Assembly: GCA_020137815.1 (NCBI GenBank)
Contig: CM035358.1
Span: 6,510,001-6,574,000 of the forward strand
Reading direction: 5' to 3'
Length of the DNA stretch: 64,000 bases
Origin: Hormiphora californensis
Lineage: Eukaryota; Animalia; Ctenophora
Of the stretch, positions 12,340 through 25,100 are shown in pieces. The position numbers and the translations under genes were made by a program. The notes beneath the pieces were generated by a model. That model made no database searches. It was not told the DNA's origin and saw nothing but the letters and a program-made list of their open reading frames with translations. Position 1 is the first letter of the stretch, and every line of letters starts with the position of its first letter.

Positions 12340-15300
12340 ATGTTCCTGACTTTGGAAGCACCTCCCCGGACACATCTATCGGCCAGTACACACCCACCCA
12401 ATCCCAATCTATCACCTGGTCAATGGAATTGTGTGATAGTTCAGAGGACATCGCATTCGTATACAAGTGAGTGCACTTAAACATTAGCAATTAATTAATT
12501 AGTGATTAGTATATCTTAGACCCTGTACTTCTTGAAAGTGTGGATGTTTTGCAGTGCTCCCAAAACCTTAATTCTGTCAGCTTTACTTTACTGTTGCTTT
12601 AGCCACCCTTATTTATATATTAATTCCTTGTTTAATTCCTTGTCTACCTAGGGTCTGGCTGAAGGATACAGCGGGTAATCTTGAGTTGGGATACTTTATA
12701 GGAACAACCAAGGCTAACATTGTCCTCATGGATCCTCTATTTGTACTAAAAGAAAAGGTGAATTAGATAGATGCATGAAGGAGTTTTATTAAATCATTGA
12801 ACTTTAATGAATGGAGATTGTTCATGAGCAGATTCACTTTTAATCAATTAAGAATTCATACAATTCATCATGTTTTATTGAATTGTTCACAATGTCAGGC
12901 AACAGTGTCAGCTGTCACTCAACTGTTTCACCCAATAATGATTTTGATCCGTTTCAGATTCCCTTCATCCGGGTGCAAAACTTTGGACGGGGTTTGAATT
13001 GGCAGACAATAACTCTTTATGTCATCGATATGGACTCCACTACCTACCAAATTGATATTATAACAGGTTACAACATGTGAATTTTAAATAGTTCAATGCG
13101 GAATCTGTTACTTTTGACCCGCTGATCCCCCTCAAATCAGATTATATCTGCATGTTATGATTCAAGAGATTTAAGATCTTCTCTCAGGCTGTGAGTCAGT
13201 TAGTCGAGGTATCATCTCCAAGCTGGCAGCCTCTGCTTCTAACCGTACTCTCGGAATTGAGTGGTCAATGGAGGAGAGTAATAGTCAAATGAGGTATCTT
13301 CTGAATGAACATTTCATTTCCGCTAGTAGACACACCTCTGATCCTCATTAAAATTATCCATGATTGATGGGGGGGGGGGGGGGGGCCAACGAATTTTTTA
13401 TATATTTCCTTAATTTTGGAATTTTTTATATATATATAAAAATATATAAAAATATATAAAAATATATAAAAATATATAAAGTTATATAAATAATATATAA
13501 AAATATATAAAAATATATAAAAGTATATAAAATAAACCCTTTTTTCACCCCTTTTACTTTTAAAAAAAGGGGATTATTTCCATCTATTGTTCACTTGAAT
13601 ATGTTTCATAGAGTTAATTTAAGTGTTTGAGAGTGTGATAGCTGTTTTACATAATTGAGAATGTGTTCAAAAATGAATTATGCACTGTCAAAAGTAGAAC
13701 TGGTGAAGAGAGGTTCCGGCCTAATTATATCTACCAGTTTTGGTGTGATTTCAATCATTTTTTGTATGTTGATCCGTGCAGATGCAGTACTAGAACTGGT
13801 GAAGAGAGGTTGGGATCGCGAAACTAAAAAAACAAATCATTTTTGACGTCATTTTGACGTCATGACGTTATTGACGCGACGTCACGATGTTACAAACGTC
13901 ACATTGATGACGGAAAATCATCAGGATTATCTAGATGAAGATGCTGACCAAGTTTGAGATCAATTGAATGATATTTGATCCCGCTATGGCGAAAAACAGC
14001 TTTCTGTTTTCACACTTTCGGCACAATTTTTTATATATTTTTATATATTTTTTATGTATTTTTATATATTTTTATATAACGCCCACTGCGCTTTTTTTAG
14101 ACAAATATCACCCGCGCGGTAGCGGGCTGATATGACTGCATCCGAGATGATAAATCTCATATCACACGCTCCAAAAGTGTAGTTTATTACACACAAGAGT
14201 TCATTCAAAAAAGGTGTGAAATCCTTTCTTATGTGTGTGTGTACTGTTGTGTACACATTGTTGCAAAAAGAAAGGGAGATTGACACAACAAGGGGCGGCA
14301 GAATGGCGACAAGAGAGAGAGAGAGACAAGAGAGACATTGGTAATCCGTATCTCTCTCTATTTAATTAGCACCCAATAGTTCGCTTGTGTGTGTGTGAGT
14401 GTCTAGACATGTCTGGAGTTGAAAAGGGAACATATTTGAAGGATTGGCATGAGTTGTGTTGCCTGTCTCTCTCTGTGTAATTGTTTGGTGTTGAACTGTG
14501 AAACTTTGATGACGTTCAATAGTTTGTCAAATTGAGTTGAAAAACTTGAAAGGGGATTAGTGTTGTTCTCTCCTTGCTTGCAGTGGGCGTTATATGCTAT
14601 AACACCTTATGTGTATCAAATATATCGCCCTCACTACGTTCGGGGCGATATATTGCATATCGTCTCCTTGCTCCGCAAGGAGCCGATATGCGTGCATATC
14701 GCACCCTGCGCGGGGCGCGATATACAGATACACACCGGTGTTATAGCACATATATTCATATGTATTTTTATATATTTTTATATATTTTATATATATAAAA
14801 AATTATGTTTTTTTTTTCCCAAAAAAAAGGTATATAAAATATATAAAAATATATAAAAAATGAGCGTTGGCCCCCCCCCCCCGATTGATGCCAGACATCC
14901 AAATTCCTATGAACTCCATGCCCATTAACTCCCCCACTCTCTCCCAGGTTAAAGTACCACGTGGGTACATTCCTCCAGGAGCAGGACTGTTTTGAGATGA
15001 CATCTATTGATAATATCCACTACTCTGTCCTATCTTGGTTACCCATATCGGGCAGTAAACCATCCATCAACCAATTCCCTATATCTGAAGGTTAGTAAAC
15101 AACCAATCAGAACTCGTTATTTAGGTCACGTGACTGCTTATCAGCCAATCAGGGACCTGATTCGGTCAATTCCCTATATCTGAAGGTTAATGCGCGATAC
15201 AGAAAGAATCTGTTGTTCATACCTGATTTATTACATGATACATGTATCGTTCATACCATTCAATATGTGAACAATATCTCTATCATGAACATCTCACATT

Positions 15301-18300
15301 AGGTAAGCTAATGATGAAGGAAGCGACGTTACTAAGATATGTGTGGAACGAGTACTACTTCATTCTGGACAAGAACGGGAAACTGCAACAGTTCGAGGGG
15401 ACTGATTGTGCTGGTACGTGTTATCATAGCGCTGGCAAGTACCCGGGCTACAATCCTCCTTCCCCTAATAAAATCGGAGTGAACAACAAAATCACTGCGT
15501 TTTCTTTTGACCACCTCGATTGAAGGAGGAAGATTACTTTGTAATCAAAGTGTTTTGAATGAATGTTCGGTTCTCAGAAGCCAGAAAGGCAGGAAAATGT
15601 GATGATAAGTCATGATAATTACCTCGAACCTGTCTGGTGGCGCTCAGATGGGTCGGCGGCGCCAGACAGCCTCGAACTTCCCTTGTTTTTCCCTTACTCA
15701 ACAAAGCCATCCTCCTCCAGGCAAGATCAAGCAGACCTACACCGTGATAGGATCCAATGGGTGTCGGAAGATGACGAAGAAGGAGACGACTAAAGAATAT
15801 GCTTTTCAGTTTCGGTCTGAGGAGGGCATTGAGGTAATTAATCGGCTAATTAACTTAATTGAGAATTAAATTTGGTGACTGGTAGGTCAATTTGTAATAT
15901 TTTGAAGCAATATAATGAGTCCAGAATTAAGTGGGAAACTAACAATGTTTATTCAGCAAAATCCAAGTTACAGAACACAGTCAAACCCCGATTTACCTTA
16001 CTTCCCGGGGGACAGAATTTTGCACAGTAAATCGAGATTCTGGTAAATCGAGGTCCGACTGTAGATTATAAATTTTCAAGTTACAAATTACATACAACTT
16101 TCAATAAGTGTTGATGGAGGTAAAAGATCCATTTCCTAGGACTTCTCTTAACCTCACTTCCAGTGTCCAATGCCGAGTCTGACACTGACAACAATCTCTC
16201 CTCCCTTCTCCTCCGGCTCTCTCTCCACACCGCATCCCTGGGCAGCCCTGAGCTGTCTCTTTCCCTCCTGTTTCACCAAGCACTGCTACAAGGAAGCAGC
16301 TCACAGAACTTGAAGGCACACCCACGCAGCACCCACATAGAGACAGTACAACCCGGCACTTCGCCCTCTGCTCTCTAATCACCACCTGCTCCTTTATAAA
16401 AACAGTCATCCCCGCCTGGGATCCCACCATGAGAAGGGAAACAACACGTGATACAATTGGAACGAATCTCACCGTCCCCTTCCTCACCGCACCCTGATAA
16501 CCGAGATGAGCCAATCAAACCGAATATCATGGCTGAAGCCTGGATAATGAAATAGGCAATGAGGACGCTGTTGCCATGGCAACCTGCCAGGGTACATTAG
16601 GTCATTAGTCACAGGACACAGTCTTGACGTCATCACAGTTCCTGCTGAAGAGTAGCACTGCGAGAGGTTGTTGTCATGGTGACCAGGAGGTCTAGGAAGA
16701 TGCAGTTTAGGGCGGAGGTCAGACAGCGGTGCTTCGATCGGTATACTCTGATAGATCTGTGATAGGGATAGTTGTCATGGTTACTACTTACTGTAGGGGG
16801 TGAGTCACAACAATTGTTATGGCAACTCCACGATTTGTTATCATGGTTACCATTATCATTATAGCTGCAAAGCATTTCACTCACCTGTTACCTCTGTTGG
16901 CCAGTTTACACAATTTAAACATGGTAACAGATCCATGTGTTAACGCCACACAATGGGTAAACACAAGATAACACCCCATTACCCTGACGACGTTAGCCAG
17001 CGTCGTCAACAACAGAGAGGACCGGGGTAGAAGGATGGAGAGAAAGGAGAGGAAGATGGAGAGTGTGGGGAATGTCCCACATGCCACCAGCGGTCCTTGT
17101 CTGAAGAGAGGGGAATAGTCAGCATTTTGGCCGTACACAAGGGGATAAAAAGTAAGCATTTTGGCAACATGATCAATTCATTGTAAAAAAGTGATGATAC
17201 TGGGCTCGTATATGATTCGTATGACCTCGACTCACCTGCGAGGGCTGATGAGGGAGTAAGATCGGACGAGTGAGAGGATTACAAGAGATAGGAGGGTGAG
17301 GACCATGGAGGACCAGAATATCCAACTGGTTGTAAGCTGGTTCCATTGGTCCACTATCGTATACCACATTCTATGACAAAACACAAAATACTTATTACCC
17401 GTATGCTATAAAAAAGATACTTTTTACAAGTTTACAAGTTATTTTTGGTACCAAAACAAAATGTTTCAAGGTCGAACAAGAAGCGATGTTGGTCGATGGT
17501 CTTATGATAAACGAAAGTAAGCAACTAGGTGTAAACAATTAAATTTGTAATTCTCAAAACGAGATTTTCTAAACCACAAACTAAACAATTGAGATACACG
17601 AAAAAGAATCAAAGGCTCTGAGAGAATCAGTGGTCTGAGAAATACTTGATCTATCTAAACGATATTGAATCATGATAATGGCTCATTAAAGTGGCAATTA
17701 CAGAGAAAGGATAAGTCATAAGAATCTTATTGAGATAAAAAGAGAAAATTAGGAATAAAGATACGAGTTAAAGTATTAATTTTGATTAATTTTGTTTTTA
17801 ATAGACCCGCTAAGTTAAACATTTGTCACCATGCAAAAAGCACAGTTTATATGTTGACTACTTGAATTGCAGAGCACTTAGCAGTATTGCAGTTGCAGAC
17901 AAGGTAATAGACTAAAGCAAAATCGTCAAACAAAACTACAGTATTATGAATTAGAAAGATAGAAAGATAGAGAGAGACAGTGTTAATATTTTATGTAACA
18001 AACGCTACTAGGCTTCTATATCTTTCCCTTTCTTTCTTCCTCTCTTTACCTCACACCTTCTCCTTCCTTGACTCTGGTTCTCTTTACCCCCTGATTCTCA
18101 CATCCATCAAATATTATCCCTATGTCTTCTCACGTCATTCCTTCTTATACCAATCTCTCCAAATCGTCTCTCTTTTTCGTTCCTTCCAGCTCTCTCCCTT
18201 TCTCCCGGCTCGGCGCCAAGTTGAGTTGTCAACCGTGTTGACAGACCTCGAAACACACCGCTTAGAGCCAGAAACTGTAGTAGGGAGATGTATTATCACC

Positions 18301-18301
18301 A

Positions 18302-18368
<67 letters not shown>

Positions 18369-19064
18369 ATGAAGTGTAATATCTATATGACAATATGTGG
18401 CCACGCCCTAGAAATTAATGTGCAATGCAAGTATAAGTACCAAGTTCATTCCACATTATGGTAGCTAGGAAAAGTCTACAATTCAGCCTTTATATTTTAG
18501 TTTAAATTTAAGATGCGGCCTTTATGTTTTAGTTTGAATTAAAAAGAGACCATAGGACGGAGAGGATAATGCATAAAAAGTTTACTGCAGCGCCGTCTAA
18601 AGTAAAGGATTGAGCGTCATTAATTATTGCCATTACTTTCTCTTTTCTCTCTCTCTATTCTTTCTCTCTGCGTGCGTCTCTGTTTCTTCCTCCCTCCCTC
18701 TATCTCTGTCTCTCTGTTATAAATAAAACAGTCTGCTACCTCTGTATAATAGCAAGATAAGTGTAGCTCCGAAAGACAATAAACGGCAGAAAGTTCCTTA
18801 AAAATTAAACAAGTAATTTTTACATTTTAGCAATTCATTAACAGGATGGGTATTCGGTAATCGATTTGACAACGACATTGTGATGGAGAGAAGGTCAAGA
18901 ATCAGTTCAAAACAAAAATGAAATGAATAAAATCAGCTAACTGAGTAACAACTGTCAGCTAGTTGTCACAAGTTCCTTTGGCTTCACAAAAAGTGTCAGA
19001 GAGAGAGAGAGAAACAAAGTACAGATGTGATTGGTGCAATACGATGATTCCTTTGTTTAACGAT

Positions 19065-19123
<59 letters not shown>

Positions 19124-22100
19124 AGAGACAGAGACAGAGAGAGATGTCTAATCCTTCTATCACACCTCCTGCATGCATGTTCATCAAAGTAATGAAGCAT
19201 CACTCCCCGTCTTTCATAGAAAACGCTAGACGGAGGAGCTGTGAGAGAGAGAGAGAGAGAGACAAAGCTCGAATCGATCATTCTATCTTTCTTTATCTCT
19301 TTCTATCTCACTCACTCACTAGATCAAAATTATAAAATCCTGTGTTATATCTCGGTTTATAAGCACTATAACAGCTCTAATGTAAAACAAGCGTTCATTG
19401 ATGAAAGAAGCTGTGTGAGTGAGAGAGAACAACTAGAAGATGCAATATCTAACACATCAATCACGTGTAGATCAGTCTCTATCACCACTAACTAGCTCTA
19501 CTGAGCTGAGCTCTTTTCCACACAACCACAACAATTCGCTCATCATGCATTCACTTCTCTCTAGTACTCATTCTAGCTGCAGTTCTCTGTACTCACGTTT
19601 AGTGTTTACAGTAATGAGTAATCTCATACAGAACTCAGAAGTATAACTCCGTACTCAAGTGTGGAGTTAACACTTTACAGTGTAGTATGATACAGAAGTA
19701 CCGTACCTGGATGATCAGTAATACTACTGCTGCAGTGAAGTAGGGAAGTGGGGACTCAGTGCACTGTAATTTCATGATTAACAGTACGGGAGAGGGGAAG
19801 AAGAAGGATTAAACCATGTATAAGAGAGGGGTGAACGATGGTTTACAGTGGAATTGGTAGCTTGCTTTCAGTTCAGCTAATACGAACTTCCGTCTGTTTT
19901 ATTCTCCTATAATTCCAATCTCTAATTGACTAATTCTAACATCCTCCTACTGACTTTCAACGGACGCTTTCAATCTACAATTTCCTATCAAGTCCATGAG
20001 TCACCATCTCAAACATCCACCCCAACCCTCCTCTCCCCCTCCCGCTGTTAACCCTCCTCCTCCCCCCACTTACCCTCTCCCGTGGTAGCTTTCTTTCAGT
20101 TCAGCTAATACGAACTTCCGTCTGTTTTATTCTTCTATAATTCCAATCTCTAATTGACTAATTCTAACATCCTCCTACTATCAAGTCCATGAGTCACCAT
20201 CTAAAACAGCCACCCCAACCCCGCTAACCCTCCTCTCCCCCTCCCGCTGTTAACCCTCCTCTCCCCCTCCCGCTGTTAACCCTCCTCTCCCCCTCCCGCT
20301 GTTAACCCTCCTCTCCCCCTCCCGCTGTTAACCCTCCTCTCCCCCTCCCGCTGTTAACCCTCCTCTCCCCCTCCCGCTGTTAACCCTTCTCTCCCCCTTC
20401 CGCTGTTAACCCTCCTCTCCCCCTCCCGCTGTTAACCCTCCTCTCCCCCTCCCGCTGTTAACCCTCCTCTCCCCCTCCCGCTGTTAACCCTCCTCTCCCC
20501 CTCCCGCTGTTAACCCTCCTCTCCCCCTCCCGCTGTTAACTCTCCTCTCCCCCTCCCGCTGTTAACCCTCCTCTCCCCCTCCCGCTGTTAACCCTCCTCT
20601 CCCCCTCCCGCTGTTAACCCTCCTCTCCCCCTCCCGCTGTTAACCTCTCCTCTCCCCCTCCCGCTGTTAACCCTCCTCTCCCCCTCCCGCTGTTAACCCT
20701 CCTCTCCCCCTCCCGCTGTTAACCCTCCTCTCCCCCTCCCGCTGTTAACCCTCCTCTCCCCCTCCCGCTGTTAACCTCTTCTCTCCCCTCCCGCTGTTAA
20801 CCCTTCTCTCCCCCTCCCGCTGTTAACCCTCCTCTCCTCCCCTCCCGCTGTTAACCCTCCTCTCCCCCTCCCGCTGTTAACCCTCCTCTCCCCCTTCCCC
20901 CCCCGCTGTTAACTCTCCTCTCCCCCTCCCGCTGTTAACCCTCCTCTCCCCCTCCCGCTGTTAACCCTCCTCTCCCCTCCCGCTGTTAACCCTCCTCTCC
21001 CCCTCCCGCTGTTAACCCTCCTCTCCCCCTCCCGCTGTTAACCCTCCTCTCCCCCTCCCGCTGTTAACCCTCCTCTCCCCCTCCCGCTGTTAACCCTCCT
21101 CTCCCCCTCCCGCTGTTAACTCTTCTCTCCCCCTCCCGCTGTTAACCCTTCTCTCCCCCTCCCGCTGTTAACCCTCCTCCTCCCCCCACTTACCCTCTCC
21201 CCTCCCCAGGTCATGTTGAACTGTGACAGTACCCAAGACCGGGACAGGTGGATTAGTACCATCTCAAAAACTGCTATGGAGGTTCCAGAAACACCCACGG
21301 ACTCTGCGTATGGTGAGTTACCTGTGTTGTACAACGTTTAGATATATACTCATCTTTAACAAGAGTGAGAAGTGTGTTTCACGTCTTCAGCTGCGATAAG
21401 AAGATATTTTTTCCCTGCCCGGGTGAATGCCCGAAGGGCATTCACCCGGATGATGTTTTTAGCACGCACGTGCTAAAAAGATCATTCAGGGTTTAGAAAT
21501 CAGCAGATCGTGGGGGTTAACTAAATGTGTCCGTCCGTCACGGACAACGCCTAACAACAAGTCTGCTCCTTCATAAAACTTTCACCTCACGCTTCGTTGA
21601 TTCAACAACGGAAATGATTAACACACATTAAGGCGCGCAATTACTCGCTGATAGCACTTCCTATTATCACCTGAAATCACTTTGGGCGCCCTACAGCCAT
21701 ACCATGAAGTGGTTGAACGTCTTCCAAGCATGAAACTACTGTCACACTAGTGGCTCAAGTTGAGATGCGGTTAAAGTTGAAGTATGTACTTGCATTGGTA
21801 ACCAACTGGGGTCTCCTAAGCAACTGCCTTGGTTTCCATAGCAACTGTCTTGGTAACCATAGCAACTGATTTGGTTACCATAGCAACTGCTTTGGTTACC
21901 ATAGCAACTAACCTAGTTACCTTAGTAACCAACAACGCATCAGCCAAAAAATGCTATTTGAGCACAAAATTCATTAGGAAATCCAGTTTTGGAGCTCATT
22001 CATCAATTTTAGATCCATTTGTGGCAGGGAAACACCGCATTATGAATACATAATGCAATAATTCTTGTTAACCGTGTGTAACCATTCTGCTTTTTGCACA

Positions 22101-25100
22101 GGTGTAATGTGTAGTGTGGTGGTTAATAATCGCTACATGGTGATAGTGAGGGAGGGATTCAGAACAGCATACACGCTTGATGCCGTACCCATCACAGAGG
22201 TACTAACTAAGTAGTATTTTATATTCACTATTCAGTCTTAGAACATGGAATTGTATATCCACTAGATCCACCTGTCATTAATTCCACATTTTAACTCAAT
22301 ATTAATTAATTACCATTTCCATCAGATCCAGACGATAACATGGGCTGAAGAGGAGTGTTTTTGTTCCCTGAAATCTGAGCACAAGGAGTGGATTCTCATG
22401 TTTAGAGATAACTACGAAAAATGTAAGATCATGCCTTTTTAGCAGACGAGTGCCGTGCATTTAGCTCATAACTACTGTATAGCTCTATTGATCTTTCCAG
22501 TGCCGCGGACCTCTATTTTTTACATTTACCTCCCTTGCACCTCCGGAGATCTCCTAGAGACATCCCCGGGAGATCTCGGGAGGTGCAAGAGAGGCTGTGA
22601 CGGCTACACAACTCACTTAGATTGCACAATCACAAGTTATACTTACTTAGCTAGAGGGATATACTGACAATTGAGTGAATAGAGCTCACTTCTATAGCAT
22701 CATGAACATGTAAAGCCTTTAATCATAATTATCCTGCATGTCTGATAGGAAAGCACCGTTTCTCTGTCCACCTCTATCTCGAAATCTCTCTCAATATCCC
22801 TCCCTACATCTCTCTATGCTTCTCTCTAGGCTTCTCTGAGAGTCTCTCTAGGCTTCTCTCTATATCCCTCCCTCACCCTCAGATCTCTATTTCTATTCCC
22901 CTCTTTCCCAATTCTTTTCTGCTTACCAAGTGCCACTTATCTCATCTTATCCAATATGAATATTGGGAATGTGAGCGGGGCCGGGATATTGGGAATATCC
23001 ATGTTGTATTCACGAGAGGGTCTGAATAAAAATATTTATCCATGCTAGTTGCTACCTACCCTAACTAGTAATTATCCTAATTAGTAATCATCTTAGTTTA
23101 TGTTTTCCCTCCTCCATCCCAGTTCATGTTGTTGTTCCCCTTTTCAGACAAGACGATGGAGTATATCTGGGAGGTATGGAGTGAAATATTCCATTGTCAG
23201 TCTCCAGAACTGCTCTTCTCCCGGGCCTACCCTGCCACAAAGTACGTTACATTGCCAGTTGTCAAAATAGGTGTCTTCTTTAACAGGAACTAGAAGACAC
23301 ATATCATGTCAAATACAAAGTGAAACAAGCGGTACTCTGTCCTGTCAGGACATACCAAAAACAAGTCCATTATCATGACTTGACTTGACTTACTTGACTT
23401 AAGGCGGCTTCATTGTCCGAGCAGTCAGTTCGGTCCGCCACAGCACACGATCTTCCATTAGCCTCTTGATATCGCCATCATTAGATAGGCCAGTATCCTC
23501 CCTGAGCTGGTTAATATAGGTTTTCTTGGGTCTACCCCGGCTTCTAGAGCCCCTATCAGGTTCCCAAAACAGCAGTTGGTGAGCTGTTAGCTCCTCGTGC
23601 CTGTGGACATGTCCAGCCAGCCTAAGTCTACGAGTCCTCACAGTCTCAGAAACTCTGGGGACATTCTGGAAGACTTCCTCATTAGAGACCCTATCCCACC
23701 AGTTGATGCCAAGCGCCATTCGTAGCATCCTACTATAACAGCCATCCAATTGTTTCTCCATAGTAGATGTAAGGGTCCACGTTTCAGCGCCGTATAATAG
23801 AATGGCCTCTACAGTAGTACGGAACAGGTTTACCTTAATGCTCCTTCTCAGGTCAGTTTTCCATATTCCTTTGAGTCTATGACAGGCTGCCCAGGCCTTA
23901 GCCTTCCTAATGTTAAAATCCTTCTCCGTCGATTTAAGGTGGGCACCAAGGTAAACGAAATCGTCCACTTGTTCTAGATAGTTTCCCGTAGAGCTAACGA
24001 GGGAAGGTTCCTCTATACCAGTAGCCATAAACTTAGTCTTCCCTTCATTCAGGTGAAGACCAACTGCAGCCGCTGCCGCTTCCAGACTTTCTAAGAATTC
24101 CTGTGCCTGTTCGATTGTGTCCGAAAGGAGTGACAGGTCATCAGCGTAATCGGTGTCTGTGATCTTCACTTCAGGATAACGCCTACTCTTCCTCTTCCTG
24201 AGGGTAAAACCAACGTCCCTACCAGCCAGAGCCTCTCTCATGACATAGTCAATAGCTATAATAAACAAATATGGAGCCAAGGTGTCCCCCTGTAAAACGC
24301 CAGCCAGAATTAATATAGCCTCCGTGAGTCCGTCCTCCGTTTTAACCCGGGCCATGGTGTCCTCATACGAACATTCTATAAGCCGAACTAATTTGTCAGG
24401 AATACCGTAAGCTCTCAGAATGCGCATAAGAATACCCCTGTGCAAAGAATCAAACGCACGCCGGAAGTCTATAAATAGGATAACAGAAGTTAATTTCCTT
24501 TCTGTTACCCCTTCCAACAACCGCCGGAGGGCCAGAATGTGACTGGTAGTAGACCTCCCTGGTCGGAATCCATTCTGGTTATCCCTCAAAATAGGCTCAA
24601 TATGGGGTAGTAGGCGGTTGAGGATCATCTTATTGAGAGTTTTTAGAGCAACGGAGGTCAGAGAGATTCCCCTATAGTTACTAGTTTTAGTGAGGTCCCC
24701 CTTTTTAGGAACTGGAACTATAAGAAGGCTCTTCCATTGTTCAGGAAAACTACCATATTCCAGTGCATCGTTGAAGAACTCTAATACAATGTCATCGACA
24801 CCTCCCCGTTTCAGGACCTCAGGTGCTAGACCATCATCTCCAGGCGCCTTCCCCTCCTTAATGGACCTCTTAGCTGCGGTATACTCATCCTGACTGAACG
24901 TATCTGTAGATATAGGGAGCTCCTCACATACTGAATTAATGACAAGGTCCTCATCAGGAACACTAGGCGGTTCACCGAGTATCCCAGAAAAGTGTTTCCT
25001 CCAAGACTCCAGCCTCCCCTCAGCACTACCACCTTCTACCAGGCCACCACCATTTCCTTTAGAGTCCCCAGTAACATCTCTAATGAGGTCCCACGCCACC

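Noticed and set aside
13188-13293. SIPA1L-like identity suggested by GCESV
   Set aside because: The surrounding exons fit the PLEKHM2/SKIP order with a PH domain. No RapGAP or PDZ motifs are present.
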